IMG/VR virus record: IMGVR_UViG_3300032218_002590 | Coordinates: 15,379-79,378 of that record | Direction: 5' to 3' (one strand) | Length of the DNA stretch: 64,000 bases | Origin: a virus | Lineage: Duplodnaviria > Caudoviricetes | Shown here: positions 1 to 10,609 of the stretch, piece after piece | Position numbering within the stretch: the first letter of the stretch is position 1 | Layout: each line of letters begins with the position of its first letter | Made by a program: the position numbers and the translations under genes | Notes under the pieces: model-generated | Told to the model about the DNA's origin: nothing | Database searches by the model: none | The model's input: the letters and a program-made list of their open reading frames with translations, nothing else

Positions 1-226
1 CTTCGTTCCAAGGCTTTCCTTGAAATAACATCTTCTTAACAATCTCAAGAAACTCACCACCCTCAGCGTTAATGCCAACGCCAGCAGTAAGCAATCGTTC
101 AATATTGGCACCCTTAGAATCCAGTTCAACAAGGCGATCAGCCAGTGAACAAAAATCTTTAGAAGCATCGCTGGTAACAGCATCTACAAATTCTTCGTAA
201 CGTTGAAATACAATAGTGTCAGACAT
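1..226 (-). CDS. mazG: MazG nucleotide pyrophosphohydrolase (partial, runs off window start)
   Basis: Manual translation from ATG at 226: MSDTIVFQRYEEFVDAVTSDAS...LLTAGVGINAEGGEFLEIVKKMLFQGKPWNE, a cyanophage MazG signature; directly downstream of gp41. Confidence 0.9.
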   Translation of the reverse strand, partial: MSDTIVFQRYEEFVDAVTSDASKDFCSLADRLVELDSKGANIERLLTAGVGINAEGGEFLEIVKKMLFQGKPWNE

Positions 227-229
227 AAG

Positions 230-1618
230 TTAAATTACAAATTTAGAAAATTTATCAAGGCGGTTTTGTTTGTTAGAAGTTTCACCTAAGTTTTCGTAGG
301 TTTCCTCTTCTTTGTCGGAGGTAATATCGCCATCCGAGTCATCTACATTATACAACTGCATCTTTGATCTGTCAACACCTACAGTGAATCGCTTGTAATA
401 TGTCGGGTCGTTGTATCGGTTCTTGAGTTGTTTAACCATGATACGACCAGATTGTTCAAGCTCCTCAGTGGCAATAAGGGCAATCATAAAGTCAGCAGTA
501 GCAGGAAGACCAAAGGATTCTGAAGTGTCAGTAAGATCAACATCAGAATTGCCAAACCCAGAACGAGTAGTTTGAGTAGCAGTAACAACTGGTACATCAT
601 GCTCAACAGCTAGTCCCCTAAGTTCTTCAGCAATTGCTTTGACATAGGTGTATGAATTTACAATATGACCTTTGTATCTAGAAGAAGCACAGATGTTAAG
701 ATAATCAATAAAGATAATATCTGGTCGAAAATCTTTCTTCAGACTTAAATCACTAAGAAGTGATTTGAAGTGTCCAGCATGAGCAGAGGCAGTTGGGTAT
801 TCTTTAATGATAAGTTTACCTTGAGTTTTTTTACCAATCTGCTGAACACGAGATGTAAATACTGCTTCAGAAATGCCAACAATATCTTTAATGTTTACAT
901 TAAGTAAATTGGCGTCAATTCTTTCAGCAATTTTTTCTTCTGCCATCTCAAGAGTAATGTATATAACATTTTTTCCCTGAGATAAACAGCTAGCAGCACA
1001 ATGACACATGAACAAAGATTTGCCCACCCCTGTACCAGCCAAAATAACGTTTAACGTTTTGTTTGGCATACCACCTTTAGTAATGAGATTAAACTTTTCA
1101 AGATCAAAAGGAATCTTTGTTTCATCTCTGTGATAATATTCGTAACGTTGCTCTACATTATCTACGTAGTCGTGACCAATGTATTCATCAAACGATACTG
1201 CCAAGGCCGTTTGAAGGATGGTCGGGATAGCATCTCTTGATAACTTCGGATCTCCCCCGTCAGCAATTTTAATTGACTGGAGTAGGGCGTTATATATGGC
1301 CCGATCTTTACACCACTTTTCAGTTGTGTTGACAAGCCATTCGTTATCAACCCACTCGGTACTAAATCCTTCGATTTTTGAAATACTTTCTTTAAAAACT
1401 TCTTCAGTAAGGTCATTTCTATTTTGCAGATTAATAATTAAAACTTCTTTTGTAGGAAGCTTATCATATTTGGTAGAGAAATCTTGAATCTCTTCAAATA
1501 TAATACGTTCATCAATTTCTTGAAAGTAATCTTCTTTGAGAAAAGGTACTACCTTTCGGTAATACTCTTCGTTACAAAGAAGATTTCTTAAAATTGATTG
1601 TTCAATCTTCTCCGTCAT
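230..1618 (-). CDS. gp41: Replicative DNA helicase (T4 gp41-like)
   Basis: Walker [33 protein letters not shown] motifs; 462 aa. Confidence 0.96.
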   Translation of the reverse strand: MTEKIEQSILRNLLCNEEYYRKVVPFLKEDYFQEIDERIIFEEIQDFSTKYDKLPTKEVLIINLQNRNDLTEEVFKESISKIEGFSTEWVDNEWLVNTTEKWCKDRAIYNALLQSIKIADGGDPKLSRDAIPTILQTALAVSFDEYIGHDYVDNVEQRYEYYHRDETKIPFDLEKFNLITKGGMPNKTLNVILAGTGVGKSLFMCHCAASCLSQGKNVIYITLEMAEEKIAERIDANLLNVNIKDIVGISEAVFTSRVQQIGKKTQGKLIIKEYPTASAHAGHFKSLLSDLSLKKDFRPDIIFIDYLNICASSRYKGHIVNSYTYVKAIAEELRGLAVEHDVPVVTATQTTRSGFGNSDVDLTDTSESFGLPATADFMIALIATEELEQSGRIMVKQLKNRYNDPTYYKRFTVGVDRSKMQLYNVDDSDGDITSDKEEETYENLGETSNKQNRLDKFSKFVI

Positions 1619-2633
1619 TATTTACTCCGTAAAGAAATTCAATTGCCGCTTGTTCCTCAAGTTTTGCCATCACTTCATCAGTGAAGTATTCCTCAGGATT
1701 TTTTAGAATTTCCTTACCGTAAATTTTCTTACCATTAACCTCGTATCGACCAGCGGCATTTTTCCAGATCCCAGCACGTTCACCCAATTCTAGCAGACCG
1801 TAGTGCTTTTCGAGACCACGTTCGTCAAAGAACAACCGAGTTTCAATCTTAGATCCTTCCCTTGTCAAACGGGACTTCTTCGCCTCACACTTAATAATGT
1901 TTCCGACGAGATCTGTTCCATCCTTTTCTTTCTTTTTGCTAAGATAGATGATGCTAGAAGCGGAATACTTAAGACCACTACCACCACCCATTTCTTTTGT
2001 AGGAACGTAAGAGCCAATAACATCGTAGGTATGATTCGTAACTAACATGGGAATATTTGCTTTGCCTAACTTGAGAGTTAGAACCCTAAACACAGATTTG
2101 GTAAGCTGTGCTTTGGTCATGTCTCTCACGTTTTTATCATTAGTAGCATCATCAATTTCTTTATTGGTGGCAAGCATACCAAGAGAATCTAGAACAAACA
2201 TAAGAGGCTTACGCTCAACTTTAGGTTGTTCAATAAACTTATCAATGATACGAACAGCTTGAGTACGAAACTCTTCGATTGTATCAACTGGGAAGATGAT
2301 CATCCGTTTGGAATCAATCCCCCTGCTTTCAATCATGTTCTTACTGATGGCAGATTCAGTTTCAAAATATATAACACCAGCATCGGGGTTGCTATCGAGG
2401 AAATTACGAACGACAGAGAGACAAAAGAATGTCTTTCCTGTGCCAGATTCTCCAGCGATAGCAGTGATTTTGTTTGAGGGGATTCCTCCAAACAACGATC
2501 CTGAAACCAAAGCATTAAATACGTAGCTGCCAGTGTCAACAAAAGATTCGACATCGCCAGCAGCAATGCCATCAGAAACAAATGAAGCGTATTCATTCTT
2601 GCTGTCTTTAATTACTTGTTGTAAAAAATCCAT
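1602..2633 (-). CDS. uvsX: RecA-like recombinase UvsX
   Basis: [10 protein letters not shown]-loop, [27 protein letters not shown]. Confidence 0.96.
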   Translation of the reverse strand: MDFLQQVIKDSKNEYASFVSDGIAAGDVESFVDTGSYVFNALVSGSLFGGIPSNKITAIAGESGTGKTFFCLSVVRNFLDSNPDAGVIYFETESAISKNMIESRGIDSKRMIIFPVDTIEEFRTQAVRIIDKFIEQPKVERKPLMFVLDSLGMLATNKEIDDATNDKNVRDMTKAQLTKSVFRVLTLKLGKANIPMLVTNHTYDVIGSYVPTKEMGGGSGLKYSASSIIYLSKKKEKDGTDLVGNIIKCEAKKSRLTREGSKIETRLFFDERGLEKHYGLLELGERAGIWKNAAGRYEVNGKKIYGKEILKNPEEYFTDEVMAKLEEQAAIEFLYGVNNDGED

Positions 2634-2640
2634 AAACCTC

Positions 2641-5133
2641 CTAATTGAAAAAACTCATAAGCGATACTTTACGCTCAGTATCCCATCCAATACATTCTAG
2701 CACATTTTTCAGCGGTTCGTAAAACGACTTGTCAAATTGTGTTTTGTAGTCCACGTACTTATCTAAATTAAATTCCTCTGGTAATGTGTTAAAGAATGAA
2801 ATTACATTCTCCCCGATGGGGTTGGGCATTTTGAGGTAGAGAAATTTAATCTTCTCTCCTTCTTGGATAAGAGGGTACTTGTGAGTAAGATCATTACTTC
2901 GTACATAGTAATTATACAGTAATGCACCTCTGACCTGAATAGGAGTCCTCTCCGCATAAATTTTTGTGCGATTTGAATATTTTTGTAGTCCATTACACCC
3001 TCTCGGAAAAGCAATATCAAGATATCCCTGTTGTTTAGTATCTTGTTTTATTTGTTCAATAAAATCAATGATATTATCATTAGTTTGATTAATAATAATT
3101 TCGTAAGCTTTGTATAATTTATCCCTAAAGTACGAGGGGGTTGAAGATCTAGCGGTTTCCATTCCACAGATTTTCATCTTTGGTTCTTTGTATCGAACAC
3201 CTTCACTATCCCACACGTTAAGAACATAACGTTTCTTAGCAGTCCAGAAGCCACGATTGGCGATATTTTCACGCTTCATCTTCATCTTCTGAGCATAAGC
3301 ATTTAGGTAGTCGGCCATCTCTTGGTAAGAACTTTCAATAAAAGGTTCAAGTTCCACCGAACAGACCTTATCAAGGAACCCAACAATTTTCTCATTAGGA
3401 ACCTCTCTTCCTTTGTATACACTCTGTACCAACCCATCCAGGCACAAGTACATAGAATCAGTATCAGAAGCAATAACATAATCAACATCCTTTGTTTTAA
3501 GAACTTTGTTTAGATAAGCATTCATTCGATCACCAATCCATCGAATGGCAAGTTGCCCAGACATAGTAATTGCCTCAGCAATTTCCAGTTTATAATAACG
3601 AAAGTGTTCATTACCAATAGCACCATAGGCAGAGTTAAGTTGAATCTTACGTGCCATCTGAATGTTATTACAACGAGAAATCTCCTTCTTTAATTCAACC
3701 GTTGGATTGTTTTCGTACTGTTGCTTAGCAACAAGCATTTTCTTTTTGTAGATAGTACGTTCTTCGTAAATCTTATCCATTAATTTTGGTAAGAAACCTT
3801 GAAAGGTAATATCATAATGAGTACCATTGGCACACAAAGTTTTGCCATCCAAATACGAAGTATCAAATTGTTTATTCAGTAAAGTATCTACATCTACAGA
3901 AACTCTATCAGTAAGAAGTGTTTCTGGTGATAAATTATATTGCATGATCAAGTGAGGATATAGCGAGTTCAAGTCGAAACTCACTACCCAGTCATACATA
4001 CCAGGAATAGGTTCTTTGACGTAGGCACCAGCATACTTATTATCTTTTACACTTTCTTTCTTGGGAGGAATTATAATATTTTGTTTAGCAAGATAGATGT
4101 AAATGATATTATCCCACATACGAACTTGAGAATAAACATCCTCAAAATTTACTTTGGCATCATATGCCATAGTAAAAGCAAGTTCCAGAAGTTTCATTTT
4201 ATCATCAAGACGATCTACTAGGCGAACGTCATGAATATTATACTTAACAAACTTGTCCCAGTCTTTGGTGTAGAATTCTTTGAACGTATCAAACTCGGAG
4301 TGGTCAAGTTTCTTTTCGTCTAATTCAACAAAGGCAATGTGATCAAGCCTGTATGATTCTTGGTTAGTATAAGTAAATTTTTTATACAGTTCCAGATAAT
4401 CCAGCGTAGCAATCCCCATCAGATCATAAGCAAAATTCTTACGACCTCGAATAAAAATCTCCCGTTCCATAGTATTTTTCCAGGGAGACAGAAGGCGAGC
4501 TTCTGCTTCCCCGATCATACGTTCAATGCGACGATAGATGTATGGAATGTCAAACAATTGAACATTCCATCCAGTAATTACATCGGGATAATTTTCTATC
4601 CACCAATGAAGAAATCCCTTAAGCAACCCAATTTCAGAATCAAAATGAAGATAGTTTACTTCATTATCATTGTTGTCGTATGGGCGAGATCCAAATACAG
4701 TAATCCTTCTTAGATCGCTATCTTTAATACTGATCAAAAGAATCTCTTGGTCAGCAGATTCTATATCTGGGAAACCATTCTCGGCACCTGTTTCAATGTC
4801 AAGAGTAAATACACGAATTTTACTGGTGTCGTATTGGATCTCATCACCAGGATACTCTTCAAAAATATATTGATTTAAAAACCGAGTTTGACCATAGATT
4901 TGAAAATCATCAATATCTTTGTGATCCTGAATAAACTGCTTGGCATCACGAATGCTACCCTGCTTAATTTGACGAACGTTTTTACCGTCAAGTGTTTTCC
5001 ATTCTTCCTTCTTGGGAGAAGGAAGAAACAGTGTTGGATTAAACCTTACTTTGTCTTGAAATTTTTTACCATTTTCATAACCACGAACGAGAATAGAATT
5101 TCCCGATTGTTCAACACTGGTGTAAAATTTCAT
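2641..5133 (-). CDS. gp43: Family B DNA polymerase (T4 gp43-like)
   Basis: Exonuclease DIETG, polymerase [29 protein letters not shown] motifs; 830 aa, uninterrupted. Confidence 0.98.
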   Translation of the reverse strand: MKFYTSVEQSGNSILVRGYENGKKFQDKVRFNPTLFLPSPKKEEWKTLDGKNVRQIKQGSIRDAKQFIQDHKDIDDFQIYGQTRFLNQYIFEEYPGDEIQYDTSKIRVFTLDIETGAENGFPDIESADQEILLISIKDSDLRRITVFGSRPYDNNDNEVNYLHFDSEIGLLKGFLHWWIENYPDVITGWNVQLFDIPYIYRRIERMIGEAEARLLSPWKNTMEREIFIRGRKNFAYDLMGIATLDYLELYKKFTYTNQESYRLDHIAFVELDEKKLDHSEFDTFKEFYTKDWDKFVKYNIHDVRLVDRLDDKMKLLELAFTMAYDAKVNFEDVYSQVRMWDNIIYIYLAKQNIIIPPKKESVKDNKYAGAYVKEPIPGMYDWVVSFDLNSLYPHLIMQYNLSPETLLTDRVSVDVDTLLNKQFDTSYLDGKTLCANGTHYDITFQGFLPKLMDKIYEERTIYKKKMLVAKQQYENNPTVELKKEISRCNNIQMARKIQLNSAYGAIGNEHFRYYKLEIAEAITMSGQLAIRWIGDRMNAYLNKVLKTKDVDYVIASDTDSMYLCLDGLVQSVYKGREVPNEKIVGFLDKVCSVELEPFIESSYQEMADYLNAYAQKMKMKRENIANRGFWTAKKRYVLNVWDSEGVRYKEPKMKICGMETARSSTPSYFRDKLYKAYEIIINQTNDNIIDFIEQIKQDTKQQGYLDIAFPRGCNGLQKYSNRTKIYAERTPIQVRGALLYNYYVRSNDLTHKYPLIQEGEKIKFLYLKMPNPIGENVISFFNTLPEEFNLDKYVDYKTQFDKSFYEPLKNVLECIGWDTERKVSLMSFFN

Positions 5134-5420
5134 TCCGTAGGTTCTTCTTCAGTGGGGACAGGGATTTCAGTAGCAGTCAGATCACGGTATTGATTAAACA
5201 GAAAATCAGATGGATCAGTAATTAAACTGATGTCAGATGATCTGATAATAAATTCTCGTTCCCTAGAGTGCTGGGGAAACGGACCCAGACAGGATCCGTC
5301 TACTTGATATGGGTATCTTAGCACACAGTCGGGGTCTCCGAACTCTACGTCAGGAATCTCTTCAACTTCTGAAATAATCCAGACCCCAGCAAACATCAAC
5401 AGTTTAATAGTTTCATTCAT
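5130..5420 (-). CDS. Conserved hypothetical protein between hsp20 and gp43; likely start MNETIKLL at 5420
   Basis: ORF track 5130-5468; the internal ATG reduces the overlap with the upstream gene; resembles its upstream neighbour. Confidence 0.65.
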   Translation of the reverse strand: MNETIKLLMFAGVWIISEVEEIPDVEFGDPDCVLRYPYQVDGSCLGPFPQHSREREFIIRSSDISLITDPSDFLFNQYRDLTATEIPVPTEEEPTE

Positions 5421-5796
5421 CTGCAATAACTTCTGGGTTGATTGCTTCTTCCTGTTGAGGAATAGCATCCTGATTCATTGCTTGAGTTACTTGTTCAATT
5501 TTTAAACGATATGCTTCTTGTAAACCAGAATCAGGATTTCCAATAGCTGTTACAGAATCATAAGGAATTTTGTATTCGTAATCTGAAGAGTAGGGACACC
5601 ACCTACTAAATTTAACTTGCATATCCATCGAGTTGTCATCTCCATCAACAGAGATGAGAGAAAGTTCATATGGATGAACCATCAAAAGGCATATGCCTTT
5701 CCGATCTTCACCCTCACCATCAAACATTTCTTTGAGATCACAAATAATTTGTGATCCGGTTTTCATAATAACAATAGCAGCGTTTGTATTTTCCAT
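5413..5796 (-). CDS. Conserved hypothetical protein between hsp20 and gp43
   Basis: 127-aa ORF directly after a sigma70-type promoter; IVIMKTGSQIICDLKEM pattern. Confidence 0.7.
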   Translation of the reverse strand: MENTNAAIVIMKTGSQIICDLKEMFDGEGEDRKGICLLMVHPYELSLISVDGDDNSMDMQVKFSRWCPYSSDYEYKIPYDSVTAIGNPDSGLQEAYRLKIEQVTQAMNQDAIPQQEEAINPEVIADE

Positions 5797-5819
5797 AATT
5801 TTCCAATTAGAACGTTAAC

Positions 5820-5848
5820 AGTATAGCACAAAAAAAAGGGGGTGTCAA
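5820..5848 (-). promoter_or_regulatory. Sigma70-type promoter TTGACA-N17-TATACT
   Basis: Plus strand tgtcaa 5843-5848 and agtata 5820-5825, 17-nt spacer. Confidence 0.85.
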
Positions 5849-5872
5849 CTGGATTTTGCCAGTCGAGCCCCC
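5830..5872 (-). terminator. Intrinsic terminator after hsp20, overlapping the -35 of the next promoter
   Basis: Minus strand GGGGG-CUCGACUGG-CAAAAU-CCAGUUGACA-CCCCC followed by U8. Confidence 0.75.
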
Positions 5873-5894
5873 GAGCGGCAACAATACGATCTAT

Positions 5895-6335
5895 TTATGC
5901 TTCTGCAAGAAGTTGTTTCTCAGAAGCACCAATCGTATACATTGTTTTTCTTTGGTGTTCTGGAATAATCTTCTCCAATAGAATTGATAAAAGACCATCA
6001 GTAAACTCTACAGAAGATATTTTTACATCTTCACCTAGTTTCCATGTGTTTACAAAGGAACGTTTAGACAATCCTTTGTGAACATAATTTCTTCCAGTAT
6101 CTCGTTTCTCAATTTTACTGGCAACTTTGAGAATATTTTGTTCTGTAGATACTTCAATTTCGTCTGCTTTAAACCCAGCAAGAGCGATTTCAATTTCGTA
6201 GTTGGCACTGTCGTGTTTGATAACGTTGTATGGGGGATAGCTTGTGTTGTGGCCAGACATAGTTTCTAGTTGATTAAACACATCTTCTAAACCCACAGCG
6301 AACGGGGAATATATATCCCAAGTGTATTTGGTCAT
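5895..6335 (-). CDS. hsp20: Small heat shock protein Hsp20
   Basis: SYPPYNVIK, EIALAGF, YVHKGLSKRSF, FTDGLLSI alpha-crystallin motifs; AAGGAG RBS. Confidence 0.95.
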   Translation of the reverse strand: MTKYTWDIYSPFAVGLEDVFNQLETMSGHNTSYPPYNVIKHDSANYEIEIALAGFKADEIEVSTEQNILKVASKIEKRDTGRNYVHKGLSKRSFVNTWKLGEDVKISSVEFTDGLLSILLEKIIPEHQRKTMYTIGASEKQLLAEA

Positions 6336-6441
6336 TGTTGTTCTCCTTTAATAAGCAAGTAGTAATCGAGACCCCGAAGGCATCTCTTAATATTATATAT
6401 TGAAGAGTATTAAAAAAGAAAGTGTAGAAACCCGCACAAAA

Positions 6442-7119
6442 TTATTCGGATTTTACTAATAAAATAGAGTTATTGATAGGATCATTGATATCATGATTAG
6501 CATATTCCATGCTATGTTTTGTAAATAAATCAAACCCTATAGAAAACCTGTCTTCATCTTTTATTGGATCAACTTTATGCAGAACCCAAGAAGGAAATAA
6601 AGTTATTCTAGCCGGAATATTTTGTACTTTGTAAAATCCATAGTAATTAGTAAGATGAGGAATAGCATAATCAGTTGTAGTATCATTTGAACTCACCATA
6701 ATATTTCCACTAAGATAAGTATTTTCGTGATATGAATGACAATGAATTTTTAATCCATCATTTTTTTTCAAATTTACTGCCCATCCCCGAATCCAAATAT
6801 CATCATTACTATTCAAATTAAGAGATAACATATAATTGTCATAAATGTTACGAATAATTTTTAACAAATATTTTATAACATCGTTATCCCATTGAAAAAT
6901 ATTATAATTTTTCCAAACATCGTGACAAATACCAGAATTATTTTTTTGAATTATCTCAATCAACTCATCCATAAACCACGGATCAAAATCTTCTATCCAC
7001 AATGGAAGATCAAAGATGGGAGCAAATGGTGTGTTTGCTTCCCAATTTTTCCAACGATGCAAATTTTTATGAGTATCTTTTACTTTACAATGAGCATGAT
7101 CTAAAATGTTTTCAATCAT
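6442..7119 (-). CDS. Putative 2OG-Fe(II) oxygenase (TIGR02466-like)
   Basis: HCH...LSGNIMV, LFPSWVLHKVDP, RFSIGFD jelly-roll motifs. Confidence 0.7.
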   Translation of the reverse strand: MIENILDHAHCKVKDTHKNLHRWKNWEANTPFAPIFDLPLWIEDFDPWFMDELIEIIQKNNSGICHDVWKNYNIFQWDNDVIKYLLKIIRNIYDNYMLSLNLNSNDDIWIRGWAVNLKKNDGLKIHCHSYHENTYLSGNIMVSSNDTTTDYAIPHLTNYYGFYKVQNIPARITLFPSWVLHKVDPIKDEDRFSIGFDLFTKHSMEYANHDINDPINNSILLVKSE

Positions 7120-7541
7120 TCTTCAGCTGGTTTTTTTCTACCAATGTTATACTTGCTCTCTAGTGTCCACTCATCTTTCTCTTTGAAAGCAAGGACTTTA
7201 ATCTGGTTAAGAGGAGCTACATCCACAATTTTTTCTGGGGTGATTACAGTAATTAGCCCCCAATCAGAAAGTAATTGGATGATCCGATTCCTACGTTGAA
7301 CATCATTCAAAGAAAGATTAGTATGCTTTCCGTCGAGAGCAAACAGTTCCTTAAAGTGAACGATATAATATCTACCTTGCTTATGAAGAATATGGCAAGA
7401 TTGATAAATCTTTTTTTCTTTCCTAGAAGCAACACCAATACGAGTAAGAGTTTCACGAACTTTTAAAAAGTCGTCTGGCTCAGCCAGAGAAACCTCTACC
7501 ATATCAGATTGCTGCCACTGGATTATAATGTCAGTTGTCAT
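7116..7541 (-). CDS. regA: Translational repressor RegA
   Basis: DDFLKVRETLTRIGVAS, QSCHILHKQGRYYIVHFKELFALDG. Confidence 0.97.
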   Translation of the reverse strand: MTTDIIIQWQQSDMVEVSLAEPDDFLKVRETLTRIGVASRKEKKIYQSCHILHKQGRYYIVHFKELFALDGKHTNLSLNDVQRRNRIIQLLSDWGLITVITPEKIVDVAPLNQIKVLAFKEKDEWTLESKYNIGRKKPAEE

Positions 7542-7924
7542 TTTGTTCCACCCTTATTCAATACTTTTTTGATAGCTTCAAGTTGATCTGTCGTAAGTAT
7601 CCTTAATGCTTCCAGAGCTTTGTTATGACTATAGCCATAATACTCTTTCACCAAATCAAGATGCTCAAGTGTTTGTTTTTTAACCCAGTGAGAGAATCTC
7701 TTTCTCGGCTTCAAAGTATTTATAAGGAAATCAAATTGGAGCTTCTTTGGCAAATGAGAATTTTTATTCATCTCATTAGCATATAGAATAGAATCTGTAA
7801 ACGACGACAAACATTTATTGATAATAAAGGGAGGATATGCTTTGGTAGCTTCCTCGTCGTCAGCAAGAATATTCTTTTTTGTTTGGTTAATTGAATTTAA
7901 ATAATCTTTCAATTCATATTTCAT
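7538..7924 (-). CDS. gp62: Clamp loader small subunit (gp62)
   Basis: YPPFIINKCLS, QFDFLIN, VKEYYGYS..KALEAL; position next to regA. Confidence 0.92.
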   Translation of the reverse strand: MKYELKDYLNSINQTKKNILADDEEATKAYPPFIINKCLSSFTDSILYANEMNKNSHLPKKLQFDFLINTLKPRKRFSHWVKKQTLEHLDLVKEYYGYSHNKALEALRILTTDQLEAIKKVLNKGGTK

Positions 7925-8058
7925 ATGGCAGTCACACCCATCACTTTAGCATTGGGATTCCTAGCAAGAGCAGTTTCTTTTGCTTCTTGATAGTTACGAG
8001 CTTCTACTTCTTCATTGAATACTTTACCAGCGACATAGAGTTGAACACGGCATTTCAT
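7921..8058 (-). CDS. Small conserved hypothetical protein (45 aa), not in ORF track
   Basis: Manual translation MKCRVQLYVAGKVFNEEVEARNYQEAKETALARNPNAKVMGVTAI; its stop overlaps the gp62 start (ATGA). Confidence 0.75.
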   Translation of the reverse strand: MKCRVQLYVAGKVFNEEVEARNYQEAKETALARNPNAKVMGVTAI

Positions 8059-8060
8059 AA

Positions 8061-8300
8061 TTAAAATCCTCCTTCGGTTTCATCAATCATAGCAAGGTCT
8101 TCCAACACCTTGAGTTGCTTTGTGCCAGTTTGCTTGCCGTCCCATATGGGTGGGTGGTATTTTAAATATTCTCGGAAAGTCATTTTCATTTCTTTCTGAG
8201 TCATACCACAATGAACAGCAGCCTGGGGAAGATTCATCGTAGCATGAAACAACGCTTCGTTTGCCTCACGAACATTTTCTGGAGTTGTTTTTACTTTCAT
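8061..8300 (-). CDS. Hypothetical protein
   Basis: 79-aa ORF translationally coupled to its neighbours. Confidence 0.65.
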   Translation of the reverse strand: MKVKTTPENVREANEALFHATMNLPQAAVHCGMTQKEMKMTFREYLKYHPPIWDGKQTGTKQLKVLEDLAMIDETEGGF

Positions 8301-8689
8301 AGATATCTAACTTCATCAACGTAATTAGCTTCAAGTGCAGCTTCAATCATATTATAAGAATAACTGTCTGGTTTTGGTGGAGCAGAAAAATATATTACGT
8401 AATAAGCAGAACGATAAAGATGTTTGAGTAACGCACCATTACACACAGCTTTTTTAACATTATCTGTTCGCTGTGCTCCTGGACGTTTTTTACCTCCAGT
8501 ACGACCACCCTTTGCTTCCACGTATTCAGTTCTGTCTGGCAGATCAGCAATGTAATCCAACTCTATTCCAAGTTCTTTAACACAATAATCTTTACCAACT
8601 ATAATTCCGTCACGAGAAATTAAATCTTGTTCTACAAGAGATTCAAATTCATCTCCTGTTTTTTTACTTTCGGATTGAAAATTAATCAT
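8297..8689 (-). CDS. PD-(D/E)XK restriction-endonuclease-like nuclease
   Basis: GDEFE...GIELDYIA...YVEAKG fits the E...(P)D...(E)xK catalytic pattern. Confidence 0.65.
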   Translation of the reverse strand: MINFQSESKKTGDEFESLVEQDLISRDGIIVGKDYCVKELGIELDYIADLPDRTEYVEAKGGRTGGKKRPGAQRTDNVKKAVCNGALLKHLYRSAYYVIYFSAPPKPDSYSYNMIEAALEANYVDEVRYL

Positions 8690-9633
8690 TTGAATTCACA
8701 CCCCATCATAATTTCAGTGAGACAAGCAAGAAGATTAATTTCTTGGTCAGCAACAACCGTGATGTCCCTCATGTATTTGGCAATGATCAAAACTGCTTCG
8801 GGGATGGAAGGTCCCTTAAGCGTATCATAAAGAGAATCATAAAGTTTCCTCATCACAATAGCCGGATCATTATCAATGTTATCCACAACCCATTTCTTGA
8901 CTGTAGTAAACTCTTTGTTCTTTAGTGCCTGAACCAAATCATTCAGATTAATGTCGGCAATGTCAATAAGAATAGAAGAATCAATCCGTCCGTTGGCACT
9001 GTGTCTCTGCGTTTCATTAATCAATCTCCGCCAATCTGGATAGTAACGTTTGATCAACTTGATCAAAATTTTATCATCATACTCAATTGTATTCTCATCA
9101 AGAATATGTTTGAGTCGAGCAAAAAACTTTGCCTGTAATTTGTCAACTTCTTTATTGTTAATTTTAAAATCGATTACTGTACACCGAGAGTGTAGTGGGT
9201 CAATGATTTTGTTTGGGAAGTTGCAAGTAAAGATAAAGCGGCAGTTGCCATGAAACTCCTCTACAGCCGTCCTGAGCGAGAGTTGGACATCACTTGTGGT
9301 ATTGTCTGCCTCGTCGATAATGACGACCTTGTGGGCTGCCCCAGAGGTCAATGAGACAGTCGTGGCGAACTGCCTGACCTTGTTTCGAACTGTATCCAGG
9401 AAACGCCCCTCATCAGATCCATTGATCACAATGTAGGAGGCGCCAATTTCATCACAGATTGCTTTCGCAACTGTGGTTTTTCCTACTCCAGCAGAACCAG
9501 AAAGGAGAAGATTGGGTATCTCTTTCTGTTCAATAAATCCTTTAAAGGAGTTTTTAATATTCACCGGAAGAATACAATCCTCAAGAGTATGAGGTCTGTA
9601 CTCTTCCACCCACAAAAATTTCTTATTCATCAA
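8686..9633 (-). CDS. gp44: Clamp loader large subunit (gp44)
   Basis: LWVEEYRP, GSAGVGKT, IIDEAD, LHSRC motifs. Confidence 0.96.
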   Translation of the reverse strand: MMNKKFLWVEEYRPHTLEDCILPVNIKNSFKGFIEQKEIPNLLLSGSAGVGKTTVAKAICDEIGASYIVINGSDEGRFLDTVRNKVRQFATTVSLTSGAAHKVVIIDEADNTTSDVQLSLRTAVEEFHGNCRFIFTCNFPNKIIDPLHSRCTVIDFKINNKEVDKLQAKFFARLKHILDENTIEYDDKILIKLIKRYYPDWRRLINETQRHSANGRIDSSILIDIADINLNDLVQALKNKEFTTVKKWVVDNIDNDPAIVMRKLYDSLYDTLKGPSIPEAVLIIAKYMRDITVVADQEINLLACLTEIMMGCEFK

Positions 9634-10298
9634 GGTTCAAGAGCAATGTAGTAGACAAGCGGAAGTATATCATGCTTCCATTCAGTAATCAATTTGCTAG
9701 AAATTTTTACATTGTAATTTCCTGCCACAAGATTTACATTTTCCATCTTCATCACTAGTTCATATATGCCAGTGTTATCGCCAAAAATTTCTTGGGAATA
9801 AACATTACTAGTTTCGTTTTCTCGGTCACACAAATTTAGTGTAACTGTTGCGCCACCACTTGTTTTGAATACAAGATCTGGAATGCTATAAATAATAGCT
9901 GCTTTACGTAGTGATGTGAGCTGATCTCCGCTAATAGAAAACTCAATATCTGCTCCAGGAAAATTGACTGTGCGATCAGGAGCAGTTTTTAAAGTAATCT
10001 CAGGATCCGAGAAATAATACTTAGCACTACGCCCACCACCACGAATTGTGAGATACTCAGCATTGTTAAATTCCAAAGTAGGATTTTGGAAAAGAGAAAG
10101 ACCCGTCAAAAATTGGTTCAGGTCGTAGATAGCAAATGTTTGTGGAAACACTTCTGTGCATTCATATTGAGAGATTAAATTTTCTCCCACATTAATTGTT
10201 TTGAGTTGAGAACCTTCTCGGATCAAAATTGAACCGTTGATGGTAGCATAGTTCTGTAAAACTTCTTTGGTTTTTGGTGAAAGTGTTACTTTATTCAT
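9630..10298 (-). CDS. gp45: Sliding clamp (gp45)
   Basis: LQNYATINGSI, FAIYDLNQFL, YYIALEP C-terminus. Confidence 0.93.
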   Translation of the reverse strand: MNKVTLSPKTKEVLQNYATINGSILIREGSQLKTINVGENLISQYECTEVFPQTFAIYDLNQFLTGLSLFQNPTLEFNNAEYLTIRGGGRSAKYYFSDPEITLKTAPDRTVNFPGADIEFSISGDQLTSLRKAAIIYSIPDLVFKTSGGATVTLNLCDRENETSNVYSQEIFGDNTGIYELVMKMENVNLVAGNYNVKISSKLITEWKHDILPLVYYIALEP

Positions 10299-10609
10299 TT
10301 AAACTCCGAGAGACCATTTCCAGTACGGGTGTAGTGCCCGTCAAAGTGAAGCAGTAGCATAGCATAGTGAATCACTTTTAGCAAGTCACGTTTGTTACGA
10401 CCATCCTTCTCGCCATATCGAGAGCCATATTTGAGGACATTTGCTTGGCAAAATGGTCCGGCAAGTTTTTTGGCTGCCATCAAATCAATAGTTTGAATAT
10501 CCTCAAATCCCTCTTGGTCACTACAATAGTGACCATTATATGTGCTCACCACATAATCTTCAATATCTTTGAGAATCTTATCCTCAGTGTATTTCCATTG
10601 CATAATCAT
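10295..10609 (-). CDS. DUF3310-like conserved phage protein
   Basis: HY...IQTIDL...FCQANVLKYGSRYGEK...DLLKVIHY pattern. Confidence 0.7.
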   Translation of the reverse strand: MIMQWKYTEDKILKDIEDYVVSTYNGHYCSDQEGFEDIQTIDLMAAKKLAGPFCQANVLKYGSRYGEKDGRNKRDLLKVIHYAMLLLHFDGHYTRTGNGLSEFK

